Below the pieces are notes generated by a model that was not told the origin of the DNA, did no database searches, and was given only the letters and a program-made list of their open reading frames with translations. From positions 50,096,001 to 50,160,000 of the forward strand of contig OX597829.1 of assembly GCA_951406725.2 (NCBI GenBank): a stretch of 64,000 nucleotides of DNA, read 5' to 3'. Positions within the stretch are counted from its first letter, which is position 1. Every line of letters starts with the position of its first letter. Positions 26,475-40,164 of the stretch are shown here, in pieces. This DNA comes from Octopus vulgaris (Eukaryota). The translations under genes were made by a program, and so were the position numbers.

Positions 26475-27022
26475 TCTTTATATATAAAAGTGAAGTTGTG
26501 TGTCTGTCTCCTAGGATTTAGATTCCTAACAACTCTCACATTATAGTCGTGATTCATATCGAGCCCTTCTGGGTATTAGCGCGTATCTACGATGAGTCTA
26601 CGATTTAAAAAAAAATTTACCATCATTTTTTCCATTTTTAATGCATTTTTTTTGCTATCATATAAGGGATGTAACTCTCTAAAAATGTCTACGATGAGTC
26701 AACGATTTTTTAAAAAAATTACCATCATTTTTTTCTATTTTAATGCATTTTTTGCTATTTTATAAGGAAGTAACTCTCTAAAAATGTCTATGAGTTACGA
26801 TTTTTAAAAATGTTTACCATAATTCTTTTCCATTTTAATGCATTTTTTCGCTATCATATAGAAGTAACTCTCAAAAATGTCTACGATGAGTCAACGATTT
26901 AAAAAAAAAATTACCATAATTTTTTTTCCATTTTTAATGCATTTTTTTGGCTATAACTCTCTAAAAATGCTTATATAGTTATTTCCCTTACAAACCCGAG
27001 CAACGCCGGGCGATACTGCTAG
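26475..27022 (+). mobile_element. Non-autonomous Helitron with about four internal 95-100-bp tandem units
   Basis: A|TC start, hairpin and CTAG|T end; repeated gtctacgatgagtc...gtaactctctaaaaat. Confidence 0.82.
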
Positions 27023-27527
27023 TTATCTATAAAAACACATGAAAACTTATTCTGCTCACTTGGATTCCCCCATCTACATCAGGTAAGTCTTTTGGTCTCC
27101 TTATTTTCATCCTGGTAGCAATCATATATCTGGTATTATCTTTCCCACCTTTCATTTTCTCTTGATGGTAGCTGACAGCCTAGCCTTGACAGAACTTTTG
27201 CTAGTAAATATCTAGTATGTTATAAATCACAATATATCTGTGCATAACGACTAACGCATACATTTCCACAATTCTCAACTGATTTTCTCCAAACTTTACA
27301 CACACATTACATATGTCCCAAGGATGGGCATGTACTATAACATTTTCCCCAGTGCTCCCGCGTAAATGGACATAGTTTTTCTGTATGTTGGGTCTTCCAT
27401 AATTTTTTAATCTTTTTATAAAAGTGAAAGGATTTTCTCTATTCATTTATTTCAACTGTCTGCCCATGCATGACCCAGTCAGGAAACAAGATTTGGAAGC
27501 TGCCATTTTGTTTTAATGTAAATAAAT

Positions 27528-27927
27528 ACTCTTTTACTCTTTTACTTGTTTCAGTCATTTGACTGCGGCCATAATGGAGCACCACCTTTAGTCGAGCAAA
27601 TTGATCCCAGGACTTATTCTTTGTAAGCCAAGTACTTATTCTATCGGTCTCTTTTTGCCGAACCGCTAAGTGACGGGGACATAAACACACCAGCATCGGT
27701 TGTCAAGCAATGCTCGGGGGACAAACACAGACACACACACATACATACACACATATATATATATACATATATACGACGGGCTTCTTTCAGTTTCCGTCTA
27801 CCAAATCCACTCACAAGGCCCGAGGCTATAGTAGAAGACAGTTGCCCAAGGTGCCACGCAGTGGGACTGAACCCGGAACCATGTGGTTGGTTAGCAAGCT
27901 ACTTACCACACAGCCACTCCTACGCCT
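27528..27927 (-). mobile_element. Main-family SINE
   Basis: Similarity to the other copies; further copies at 28380-28862 and 31335-31958. Confidence 0.8.
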
Positions 27928-28595
27928 ATATTTATGTTTATAAATGTTTATGCTAATTTAAAAGACATAACCAAAAAATCCTTATTTAGCTGTTATTTCT
28001 TAGCACAACACGTGTTATGTCTCCAGTAATTTTATTTCATGCAAATAAATGTTTATGTTAATTTAAAAGATTTATCCAAATTTGTTGTATGTACATGGTT
28101 TTTTGTACGTAGGGTCTTCCATACTTTTTAAATCTATATTGTAGTATATTGGCCTTAGAGAATATTTTTCAGTGGTTATTACATTTTTATTTATTTATTA
28201 TTTATTTATATGCTGTGATTCTATATTATTACCTTCTATATTTTCTTAATATCTGTATTGGTGTGTATCATTTGAGTTTTGGTTAGAGAATATATAAAGG
28301 TGAATGGATTTTGTCTATTCATTTCCACTGTTTTCCATACTTTTTAAACCGATACGGTCGTATATATTTGCATTTTTTCTTTTATTTGTTTCAGTCATTT
28401 TGACTGGGGCCATGATGGAGCACTGCCTTTAGTCGAGCAAATCAACCCCAGGACTTATTCTTTCTAAGCCTAGTTGTTATTCTATCGGTCTCTTTTGTCA
28501 AATCACTAAGTTATAGGGATGTAAATACACCAGCATCAGTTGTCAAGCAATGTTGGTGGGGACAAACACAGACACACAAACATATACACATACAT

Positions 28596-28667
<72 letters not shown>

Positions 28668-28668
28668 G

Positions 28669-28699
<31 letters not shown>

Positions 28700-29559
28700 G
28701 ACAGGCTTCTTTCAGTTTCCATCTATCAAGTCCACTCACAAAGCTTTGGTTAGCCTGAGGTTATAGTAGAAAACACTTGCCCAAGATGCCATGCAGTGGG
28801 ACTGAACCCGGAACCATGTGGTTTGTAAGCAAGCTATTTACCACACAGCCACTCCTGCACCTACAGTTATTTGTACTGCATTACAGAATAGTTTTTAGTT
28901 GTTTACACATTTTTTTTTTATTTATTATTTATTTATATGTTGTAATTGTGTATTATTACTTTCTATATTTTTTAAATATGTGTATTACTGTCTATTGTTT
29001 GAGTTTTGGTTAGAGAATATTATAAAAGTGAAAGGATCTTGTCTATTTATTTATTGATTTTAACTGCCCACCTGCCATGGTGATTAAATTGACTAGGAAC
29101 ACTGTACGTGATGAATATCCAATACCAAACAATCTTAATCTCCAAATTTAAACTGCATTAAATTTTGGCAAGTTTACCTTTACCTATTCTGAGTTACCTG
29201 AAAGGTGATGTTCCATTTCCTCTCTTCTATTTGTTGATACCTTTGTTCACTTACCAATGCATTGCTTCACTCTAAGGATGCTTATTTACCCATCCATTAT
29301 GATATTTTGACTGTTGTCCATTGTTTGAAATATGTTTTGGCATTGTCATTCTAGCATTTTTTAAACAATCACATATGATTTGTCCCAAAGAACCAACCTT
29401 TAAATAAGAGTTTTGCTTCCACTAGAGAAAGCTATACGTATCTTTCAGAAGGCTCTATATCAATTTCACTTTATGTGGCATTTGCCGTTACTTTATGCAC
29501 AGACTACATGGGAAGACAGAATAAGGGAGCTTTTGTTAGCTTATAATAGAATTGATAAT

Positions 29560-30444
29560 CACTTGGTACTCTAAAACCCATTTTCCTTCTCCAGATAATA
29601 CAAGCATGCCACCAAAAAAGAGAGCAGCATGCATTGGCAGAAAATCTTCTGCAGTGGAAAGGCAGCGGTGTTGGTAGGCTAAGGAAACTGAGAACAAGAA
29701 GTCTTGTAGACTGTTGAAAAATGCTGCCACTGCTAGAGCTGCAACTACTCCAGAGCAGCATGCAACCTATCAAGTGTGTGCTGCTGACGCAAGGGTTACA
29801 GAAACCCCACAAAAGAATGCTATTTGTCAGGCACACAATGCTGCATCCACTTCTGCTGTGAGGTTGGCAAATGACAATAACCATTGGATGATGAGACTTC
29901 ACTCTAATGTTCACCATCAGGCTCTTGCCCAAGGCTATTGGAAGCCATCGAGTAGTCGATGAGCATCAAAAGTGCTCAACTGTGGTCCTACTGAGGATTA
30001 TGCCACTCATTAGAGATTGCTATGGGGGATATATCTGTGATATGTCCATTTTGCAAGGTCCTCAAGTGACTTGGAGAATCCAGTGGCCTATGCTGCTCAA
30101 ATGGAAAGTTTCACTTGCCTGACTTGCAAAACACACCTCAGCCTTTGCTCTCTTTACTCCTTGGTCAACACCCTGATTCGCAGCAATTTATACAGAAAAT
30201 GCGTGCTTATAACTCTACCTTTCAGATGACAGGTTCTGGTCACAAACCCATTCATGAAGACTATTATATGCCAACATTCAAAATTCAGGGCCAAACCTAT
30301 CATCAGATAGGCTCTATTTTTTCTGTCAACAATGCTGAACACTCCTTCAAATTTACTTCATGGGAGATACCACTGAGCAAACGGCTTGCTGAGCTCAAGC
30401 GGCACCTGGAACAAAGTGAAAAAAATACCACCTATACAACTTAA
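29560..30444 (+). mobile_element. Degenerate autonomous Helitron (RepHel N-terminal region)
   Basis: PQPLLSLL...FIQKMRAYNSTFQMT...PTFKIQGQTYHQIGS is a Helitron RepHel N-terminal signature. Confidence 0.78.
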
Positions 30445-31748
30445 ACCATCGAAAAGACAGGTGTTTTACTATTATCTAATAAATGTGTACATTTTTACAT
30501 AATTCCACAGAGAATCACGACTTTACGTAATTGTAGTTTATTCAAAGCTGCTTCATGCAACATTAACCATTTGACTCCAACCAGGCTGGGCCATTTGCAG
30601 TTTGTCTGCTGCATTCATATGCATAACTTCATGCATACTGTGCCGTAGGCGACTGAGTTAGCTTACTCAGCTGATGAAGCAAAACAAGACAGAAACACAT
30701 GCAGCCTAAGATCTGATGCATCTCCTCCCCATCCCCAGAGTCCAAAGTAAAAACATGTGCTTACAGAAGTCTATATAGGAAAACCTTCTCCCAGACTATT
30801 CTTGCTGTGTTAGGTCTTATGATAAACCAATTACAAACAAACATGTTGAACACAAATATATTTATTGATTACATCAAGAATCTTATAAACTTTCGAGAGA
30901 ATGTGAAATAATTGTTTTCTTTTTGGAATGTTTTAAAAAACGTTATAGCTGTATGCATGCTTAGAGATTCACATTACAAGTGTGTGTGTGTGTATGCATG
31001 TGCGTATATATGTGTGTATGTTTTTAAGTATATATATATACACATATATATGTATTTTTATAGACGTGTGTGTTTTTAGCTATTGGCTCCATACAAAGAC
31101 TATTTATCTGCTTGCACACAAATTATTCCACTGGCCACACCAATATTTTATATACTCTTGCGTATATTCACAAACAACACGCGCATGTAAACTTTACCTT
31201 GATGTCACAAATCAATATCTAAAAAAATTTCCCATGTTTAAATTCTATATTGAACATGTTTTCTAAAACCACACACACACACAGAGTTCAATAACTGTTA
31301 CATTACTTTACTAACAAAAATCTGTTGAGATTTCTTTTACTAGTTTCAGTCATTTGACTGTGGCCATGCTGGAGCACTGCCTTTAGTCGAGCAAATCAAC
31401 CCGGGGACTTATTCTTTGTAAGCCTTAGTACTTATTCTATTGCTCCCTTTTGCCAAACAGCTAAGTTACAGTAACTTAAACACTTCAGCATTGGTTGTCA
31501 TGCAATGTTGGGGGGGGGGGACAAACACAGACACACAAACATATACACACACACACATACATACATACATACAAATATACATATATATGAAGGGCTTCTT
31601 TCAGTTTCCGTCTACCAAATCCACTCACAAGGCTTTAGTCAGCCCAAGGCTATAGTAGAAGACACTTGCCGAAGGTGCCACGCAGTGGGACTGAACCTGG
31701 AACCATGTGGCTGGTGAGCAAGCTACTTTCCACACAGCCACTCCTGCA

Positions 31749-31803
<55 letters not shown>

Positions 31804-32407
31804 GACAAGCATCTTTCAGTTTCCATCCACTCACAAGGCTTTGGTCAGCCCGAGGCTATAGTAGAAGACATTTGCCCAAGGTGCCACACAGTGGGACTGA
31901 ACCCGGAACCATGTGGTTGGTGAGCAAGCTACTTTCCACACAGCCACTCCTATGCCTATACTTTTCTTTTGCTGGTGTTTAAAAATTTAAAATATATAAA
32001 AATATTCAATCAATTTTTGTTGCTGTAGCTAAGAACTAATCTAAAGCAAAAAAAAAAAAAAAAAAAAAGACTGTTCTATATACTTAAAATATTGGATATA
32101 AAATAAAAATATTGGATGCAACATGGTCTTATTGAACACTGAGAAAAACACTAGATATGATGTGGCCTTTTAAGGTAGTCTGAATATTAAATACACTGTC
32201 ACCTTGGAAATCTTATTATTTGTCTGCTATCAAGTTTATGGTAAAAATAAAGTAAAAGACAAGCTTTTGAAAATAAAGATAATATTGTTAAATACATTGA
32301 TACATTAAGCAGACAGTAGTTATTCTTTTTTCTTCCAATTCTTTGTGTGTTTATGTGTACATGTGTGTGATGAGATGAGACTTCATGGAACGTCTATCGA
32401 ATGAATT

Positions 32408-32413
32408 TTTATT
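32408..32413 (-). promoter_or_regulatory. Candidate AATAAA polyadenylation signal for CEP104
   Basis: AATAAA on the minus strand about 30 nt after the stop codon; the AT-rich context makes a chance match possible. Confidence 0.3.
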
Positions 32414-32441
32414 TGATGGTCAATGGCCCAGAGATTCGTGT

Positions 32442-32530
32442 TTAGACATGTCCACCTCTGAAATGTTTTCCTCCCACAGGTTTCGATAGGTTCCTCTTCT
32501 CTTTGGCCCTGTTAGTCACCAGAGGGCGAT
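32442..32530 (-). CDS. CEP104: CEP104 terminal coding exon (NRPLVTNRAKEKRNLSKPVGGKHFRGGHV*)
   Basis: Acceptor tcttatttgcag|AT; the phase 1 join with the previous exon gives an open basic tail ending in TAA. Confidence 0.75.
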
Positions 32531-33029
32531 CTGCAAATAAGAGAAGCGAAAAGTGACAATGAGATAATGAATTACCGGACAAGGATGCACATGCGTGCAC
32601 ACGTCAAAGGAGACTGGTGATTTGTAGATGCACACGAGCCTCGGGGAGAAAAAACGAATTTAGTGGAAAGAAGACAACAAAAGAAAAACAGAATCTAATG
32701 TCTACAGAATGTTTGTATGTCAAAGTAATAAAGAGACAAAATAAATATGGACAACCTGCTGAAGAAGACAAGAATCACAACCAAGAAAGTCTTGTTTATA
32801 GACTAGCATCATGTCAAGCAGGATGGTAGTTTATTATTAAATGGTATTAAAAGCAGTGCGGTGGCAGAGTAGTTACCTTGCCGGATAAAACGCTTAGTGG
32901 CTTAGTGTTTATGAGTTCAAACTCCACCAAAGTCAACTTTGCTTTCCATCCTTTCAGGATTGATGAAATGAGTTCCGGCCAATCACTGGAGTTGATGTAA
33001 TTGATTAATAAAATAAATAAATGCGTCCT

Positions 33030-33272
33030 TTTTTAAAGCGTAGCCAGGCTCATGGGCCCGCTTTCATGGTTTCTATGGTGTATGTATTCCCCAGCTGGAC
33101 GGGACGCTAGTCCATCACAGCGTTACTCATTTTTGCCAGCTGAGTGAACTGGAGCAATGTGAGATGAAGTGTTTTGCTCAAGAACACAACACATCACCGG
33201 TCCAAGAATCGAAACCACAATCTTACGATCATGATACCCTCACCCTAACCACTAAGCCACGCACCTCCACAA
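33030..33272 (-). mobile_element. tRNA-derived SINE
   Basis: Head gtggaggtgcgtggcttagtggttagg...ggtttcgattc, followed by gtgttgtgttcttgagcaaaacactt. Confidence 0.7.
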
Positions 33273-33335
33273 TTGATTAATAACTTCCTCTAAAACTGCC
33301 AGCCTCTTGTCAAAATTTTAAAACAGTATCAATTG

Positions 33336-33539
33336 ATACATTATTTACATTTGACGGATATTTGTCCACATCTTGTTTGTTAACACGTTTTAGCTGATTT
33401 ACCCTCCAGCCTTTATCAGGTGTCTTGGGGAAATTTCAAACCTGGGTTCTCATTCCTAAGGTATTTTTCAATGTTGCTGTTGCTGTTGTTGTTGCTGCGG
33501 CTACTGATGCTGTTGCTGTTGTTGTTGTAGTTGTTGTTG

Positions 33540-33583
<44 letters not shown>

Positions 33584-33644
33584 CAGGTCACTGCCTGAAA
33601 TTGTACTCGGAATCTTGGGGTTAGTAGCTCACGATCTTAACCAC

Positions 33645-33645
<1 letters not shown>
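33336..33645 (-). mobile_element. tRNA-headed SINE with hammerhead-bearing tail (copy 2, core mutated)
   Basis: Collinear with 20668-20940; core reads CTGATAA...AAAA. Confidence 0.7.
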
Positions 33646-33701
<56 letters not shown>

Positions 33702-33724
33702 TAATAATAATAATGATAATGATG

Positions 33725-33782
<58 letters not shown>

Positions 33783-33817
33783 TAATAACAACAACAACAA
33801 TGCAAAAATTTCCTCAA

Positions 33818-33863
33818 GACACCTGATGATGGCTGGAGGGTATATCAGCTGAAACATTGTGTT
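33818..33863 (+). ncRNA. Minimal type I hammerhead motif in a third, inverted partial copy (33805-33940)
   Basis: gacac-CTGATGA-t-ggctg(gagggtatat)cagct-GAAA-CATT-gtgtt. Confidence 0.55.
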
Positions 33864-36194
33864 AACAACAAACAAGATGAGGACAAATATCCATCTAATG
33901 TAAATAATCTACATAATTCCTCATCTCTTAAATATAGAACTGAATTATCATTTGATATTAAAGATTGTGGAATGGCAGCTTTTGTTACGTTGCCCTACTC
34001 AGAAAATAGAGAGCCAAAAGAAATACTGATCTATCTATAAATACGTTTGAGTAGCGTACCTTCCTCTCTACTTTCACTTTCTTTTTCAAGCGAAATCTAC
34101 AAAAGTCAGTGAGAGCTCTAATACAGAGGAAAGTCTGAGTTCTCAGACCAACCGTTCGAACTTGTCTACCACACCCCTTTTGTTTATAAACACCAGACAG
34201 AGGGAAACTGTTTTCCTTGTCCATTTAAAAGAGGGCAGTAGGGAGATCATCACAATGGACTCTGGTGATAGCCAGGTTTGTTTCACTCATGACTGCTGCT
34301 GTTGCTGCTTAGCACTATTCTATGATGAGGGTGATGATTATGAGAGGGTGATGGCAATGATGATGATGATGATGATGATGATGATAATGTAGCTAGTGCT
34401 ACCACTCATGTCAATGCCGAGGATCATTCCAGCACTACCGAATCTGCTACAATGATAATGCCCTGCATTCTTCTGAAGGTGATACACAAAATTCATGGAG
34501 AAAAAGTGGGCTACCAAATACTAATTTTATATAATTAATTATATAACATAAGAACAACGCAGTAAGACATAAATATTTCAAATTAAATAATTACTTATTC
34601 ATTATATTATATGATAATATAAATATATTTTTAGTTGATTTAGATTTTTAGATTGTCTTATAAAAAAGTAAAAAAAGAAAATTATGAATTCTTTGATGGT
34701 ACCATCATGCTTCCAGTGAAGAGCTGTACATGTGCATACATCAGCCCACAGCCTCCCACCTTATTGCTATTCATCAAATATGCTAGTTCAGACATGTCCT
34801 CTGCCTCCAGCCAGGGACTTGCCCTTGTTTGACGCAGAACTGTGGGCTGGGAGAGGCCCTATGGCAGACCCCATGCCTGATGTGATTAACAAAGATCTCA
34901 AGAGGCTTGACATCATCTTGGAGGATGTAGAGGATGCTGGTATGGGCCCCACAACCAATAGGAGTCACTGGTAGACATGGTCAGCTCTATATATTGTACA
35001 ATGACACCTCTGGAACTAACCTGAGATGATCCCAGTTCCATCAAGCATGGGTATGAGTGAGAGAGCTGATTAGGTATGCCCTGACTGCTGATATGAAGAT
35101 ATGTCCTGATGATGAGGAAGTGATGGTGGTGATGATGATGATGATGATGATGATGATGCCACTTGAAGAGATTCTGAGACAGTGAACAGGTGTGGTTTCC
35201 ATTTGTAAGACCACATAAAAAGCACCTGTTACATTCTTGGAGTGGTTGGCGTTAGGAAGGGCATCCAGCTGGAGAAACCATGCCTAATCTGACCGGAGTC
35301 TGGTGCAGCTCCCCAGCTTGCCAGCTCTGGTCAAACCATCCAATCCATGCCAAAATGGAGAACAGACATTAAATGATGATGATGATGGTAATGATGATGA
35401 TAATGATGCAATTTTTTGATTAGTGAATTATAAAACTCACCACAGATCACCCAAAATTTGTAATTGACCACTGGTGGTCAGTGTGCAAGGACCACAATGC
35501 ACGTCAGTATACTACATGACATACTTAATGAATTTGAAATGCACACAGAATGCCACCTGACTGGCATGTAAAAAGCATCATTTGAGTGTGGTCGATGCTA
35601 GTGCCACTTGACTGGCATCCATGCCGGTGGCATATAAAAAGCATCATTTCAACGTGGTCGATGCCAGTACTGCCTGACTGGCTCCCATGCTGGTGGCACA
35701 TCAAAAGCACCATTCAAGCTTAGTCAATGCCAGTGCCGCCTGACTGACACATAAAAGCACTCACTACACTCCTGGAGTGATTGGTGTTAGGGAAAGGTAT
35801 CCAGCTGTAGAAGCGAACTGGCAGAATTGTTAGCACGCCGGGCGAAATGCGTACCTGTATTTCGTCTGCCGCTACATTTTGAGTTCAAATTCTGCCGAGG
35901 TCGACTTTGCCTTTCATCCTTTTGGGGTCGATAAATTAAGTACCAGTTACGCACTGGGGTCGATCTAATCGACTTAATCCCTTTGTCTGTCCTTGTTTGT
36001 CCCCTCTGTGTTTAGCCCCTTGTGGGCAATAAAGAAATAAACCTTACCAAATCAGACTGGAGCCTGGTGCAGCCTCCCGGCTTACCAGTTCTCAGACAAA
36101 CTGTCCAACCCATGCTAGCATGGAAAGCGGATGTTAAACAACAATGATGAAGGCAACAAGAAGGAGAGAATAAAAGAACCAAAGATGCCCTTAC

Positions 36195-36350
36195 TTGAGA
36201 TATTCGAGTGCTGTTTTGTCTGAGGCAAATGCAACCTAGGGTTGTTTTTGCACCCATTTACTCTTCCGGTTAAGTGGTCTTTCCATCCTTCATCTCCATG
36301 ATTTATCTTCATATGACACAGGGGACAATGCGTGTCATTTATGTCCACGG
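36195..36350 (-). CDS. CEP104: CEP104 exon (AVDINDTHCPLCHMKINHGDEGWKDHLTGRVNGCKNNPRLHLPQTKQHSNIS)
   Basis: ttttatgtag|CC...TCAA|gtaagg, 156 nt. CPLCH...W..HL...C..NPR is the last CEP104 zinc finger; phase 1/1. Confidence 0.92.
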
Positions 36351-36844
36351 CTACATAAAATATAGGCATAAAGAAGAAGAAGAAGAAAACCCCAGATAAT
36401 TTATGATACACATGAGGTATTCTTTAATGGTTTTCTAATTCTTACACTTTGACATCATCAATATTGGTGGTGGTGGTGGTGGGGGGACGGACAAACACAG
36501 ACACAAAGACATACACCCATATGTGTGTGTGTGTGCATCTCTCTCTCTCTAAAAAGCACCATCCGAACGTGGACAATGCCAGCGCCGCCTTGACTGGCTT
36601 CCGTGCCGGTGGCACGTTAAAAGCACCAACCGATCGTGGCCGATGCCAGACTCCCCTACACTCGGAGTGGTTGGCGTTAGGAAGGGCATCCAGCTGTAGA
36701 AACACTGCCAGATCAGACTGGAGCCTGGTGTAGCCCCTGGCTTCCCAGACCCCAGTCGAACCGTCCAACCCATGCTAGCGCGGAAAACGGACATTAAACG
36801 ATGATGATGATGATGATATATATATATAAAAATGCATTTACAAA

Positions 36845-37196
36845 AGGGTAAAGACCTCACTTCAGTCAAGAATGACTATGGTATTGCAAGTAGAAAGCTA
36901 CCCATGAAAGCACAATTCCAGGCAAGGTTGTTTTGTAGAAGACCCAGCAGTCACCCATGCATACCAGCATCTCCTCTCCACACTACTGGTGTTATCCAAG
37001 GGAAGGGGAAAAGCAGATACAGCTGGGCACCAGTGTTGTTGCAACTCATTTCTACAACAGAGTGAACTGGAGTAATTTGAAATAAAATGTCTTGCTCAAG
37101 AACACAACACACAGCCTGGTCCAGGAATCGAACATCAAACTCGCTACCACATGATTGCCAGCCCAACACTCTAACCACTGAGCCATGTGCCTTCAC
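36845..37196 (-). mobile_element. tRNA-derived SINE, family 4
   Basis: Same family as 42533-42872 and 58830-59162. Confidence 0.7.
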
Positions 37197-37434
37197 ACAC
37201 ACACATATATACGCATGCAACAGGCTTCTTCCAGTTTCCATCTACCAATTCTACTCACAAGGCTTTGATTGGTCTGAGGCTATAGTAGAAGACACGCGCC
37301 CAAGATGCCACACAGTGGGACTGAACCTGGAGCCATGTGGTTGGGAAGCAAGCTTCTTATCACACAGCCATGAAACATAATATGAAGAAGGTAGAATGGT
37401 TAAAATATTAATGCGTTCAACTCTTTATACACAC

Positions 37435-37573
37435 CTCTGCATACTCGTTCGCTGACGTGACTGTCGTAAACATCTTTTAACACTGCCTCCTGGCAACGTG
37501 GACAATTTCGATAGTTGTCCATAGCGTCACATTCGGTGAGCAGGTGCTTCTTAAACGTTGATATTTCCAAAAC
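37435..37573 (-). CDS. CEP104: CEP104 exon (VLEISTFKKHLLTECDAMDNYRNCPRCQEAVLKDVYDSHVSERVCR)
   Basis: tttcacag|GTT...AGAG|gtgtgt, 139 nt. HLLTEC and CPRC.EA motifs match CEP104; phases 0/1 agree with neighbouring exons. Confidence 0.93.
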
Positions 37574-38669
37574 CTGTGAAATAAAGTGAGAGAGAGAAAA
37601 GCAAAAAAAAAAAATTATGTGAATAATAGAAATTTTCAAAATATCTTATTTGGTTTGTGGAGAAAAGTTATATTTTTCTGTCTCTTTTTCCTTTGTTTCT
37701 TTTTTAAATTATTCTTTCGTTTGTAACAGGAAAGAAAAAAATTAGAGATTTTAGTGTCCGTGAAATATTGATTTTTTTTCAACTGACTCAGGACAGTATT
37801 TATCGGAAAGGACTTTGGTCATTTTGCCCAATGGTACTTATTTATTTTGACACCCCCCACCTCAACTCTTCTACAAACATACGTACCACCCAGATGGATA
37901 GAAGAAATTCCCAAAGTGAAGTCAAAGGAATTAACTGAGATATCTTGATGTTGATTCCTTTTGTTTTTTCACTGGTTTTAGGTATTGGACTGTGGCCACG
38001 CTGGAGCAGTGATTTTAAAGGATTTTAGTTTATCTATTTTGGGCGTTAGGAAGGGCATCCAGCCGTAGAAACACTGCCAGATCAGACTGGGCCTGGTGCA
38101 GCCTTCAGGCTTCCCAGACCCCAGTTGAACCGTCCAACCCATGCTAACATGGAAAGCGGATGCTAAATGATGATGATGATGATGATGATGATCAGTTCCA
38201 AAATTTTGGTACAAGGCCCAAAATTTTGAGAGATGACATTGACACTAGTGCATAACTGGTACTTATTTTACCAACCCCAAAAGGATGAAAGTCAAAGCTG
38301 ACCTCAGCTAGAATTTGAACTCAGAACATAAAAAAAAAAAAAGAAGAAATACCACTAAGCGTTTTTGTTTGGCACAGTAATGGTTCTGACTGCTTGCTGC
38401 CTTTTTGAGTCAATATATTGATTGCAATGCATAATTTCTGTCTGGTATTTGTTTTATCATTATCAAATTGCTAAATTGCTACATAGATATAAAAGCATAC
38501 ATCTTGACACAGCAACAGACAAAAGTACAAACACACACACACACACACACACAAACATATGTTTACCAAATTCCTCTTAGAAGGTATTAGTTAAAGCAAT
38601 GCTACAGTAAAAAGATGGTCACACAAGGCACTTTGCAGTGGGATTGAGTTCATTGTGATTTCAATGCAT

Positions 38670-39065
38670 ACATGTATGTATGTATGTATGTATGTATGTA
38701 TGTATGTATGTATGTATGCATGTATGTGTGAGTGTCTATGTATGTATGTATGTATGTATGTGTGAGTGTCTATGTATGTATGTATGTATGTATGTATGTA
38801 TGTATGTATGTATGCATGCATGTGTGAGTGTCTATGTATGTATGTATGTATGCATGTATGTATGTATGCATGTATGTGTGAGTGTCTATGTATGTATGTA
38901 TGTATGCATGCATGCATGCATGTATGTATGTATGTGTGTATGTATGTATGTATGTATGTATGTATGCATGCATGCATGTATGTATGTGTGTATGTATGTA
39001 TGTATGTATGCATGTTTGTATGTATGCATGCATGTATGTATATATGTATGTGTGTATGTAGGTAT
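38670..39065. repeat. (TATG)n compound microsatellite
   Basis: Seen directly. Confidence 0.95.
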
Positions 39066-39069
39066 GTGA

Positions 39070-39760
39070 TAGATTATCTCATCGTGAATGACAAATGAAG
39101 GTTCAGTAAAATAAGTCTTAATCATGTTCTGTGGACACAAATGTATTCCTTGAGACCTGTTGGTGCCTTGCAAACCTTTTGGTAAATGGAACAAGTTGAG
39201 GACTCAGTTTACTTGAGTGCTTGTGGATCATTTACTGTGTGTTTTCTTTAGTACAGCCTGCTTTGCTCTGTACCATGAAACCACAATGACAGGTAAGGTT
39301 TCCGTTTGAAGGAGCAGCATTTTGCCAGCGTGCCATCATGTTAGCACGAAATTGGTCCCGATGTTGGAGTCGACTTTGCTCAATTCTTTGAACTGAGGAG
39401 AAGCAGGACTGGCACCGGGTCCCGTGTTCTGATGCTTTGTTTTCCCAGGAAGAAAAGGGAACGTTGTGTCATTTCAGATTGTCTTTGAAGTACAAAAGTG
39501 ACCCTCCAATTGACATTCCTGTTGGAAATTGGCCAAAGAGAAGCTACTTTGGAATTCTTATATCACTCATACATGAGAGATGACCTGGCCATCTGAGCCG
39601 TATTTTGATGAGGATGGCTTCAATACCTGATATGTTGTATTTTGTCAGCACCTCACTGTTGTGAATATGGCCACTTGGTTTTATGTTGGAGATAGTACAC
39701 AAGCATAACATACGTAAAGCATCAAGCTGGTTGATGTGCTTTCGGTACAGGATCCATAGT
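39070..39760 (-). mobile_element. RTE (BovB-like) LINE C-terminal relic
   Basis: WILYRKHINQLD...NSEVL...GIEAILIKIRLRWPGHL..M...RIPK*LLFG...FKDNLK. Confidence 0.75.
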
Positions 39761-39919
39761 GTATGTGTGTGTGTATATATATATATATAATTAATTAATA
39801 AGGGTGATAGAATTAGATACTAATTTAATAGTATCCCGATTCAACACCAAGTGGCCCAGTGCACAGAGAAACCTGGATTATTATAATATTATATAATATA
39901 TTATAATATTTTATACATA

Positions 39920-40164
39920 AGTAAATATAAGAGAGTGGTCACTATGTGGCTCACTCTAGCACTAGAAATAGATCCAATAGGTTTCAACCACAAAATAAAT
40001 GTTTCCCATGAAAGTCAACACGACTGTTAGCTCAAACGTTTGCCCTGTTCGTTTGAGCTAACAGTCGTGTTGACTTTCATGGGAAACATTTATTTTGTGG
40101 TTGAAACCTATTGGATCTATTTCTAGTGCTAGAGTGAGCCACATAGTGACCACTCTCTTATATT

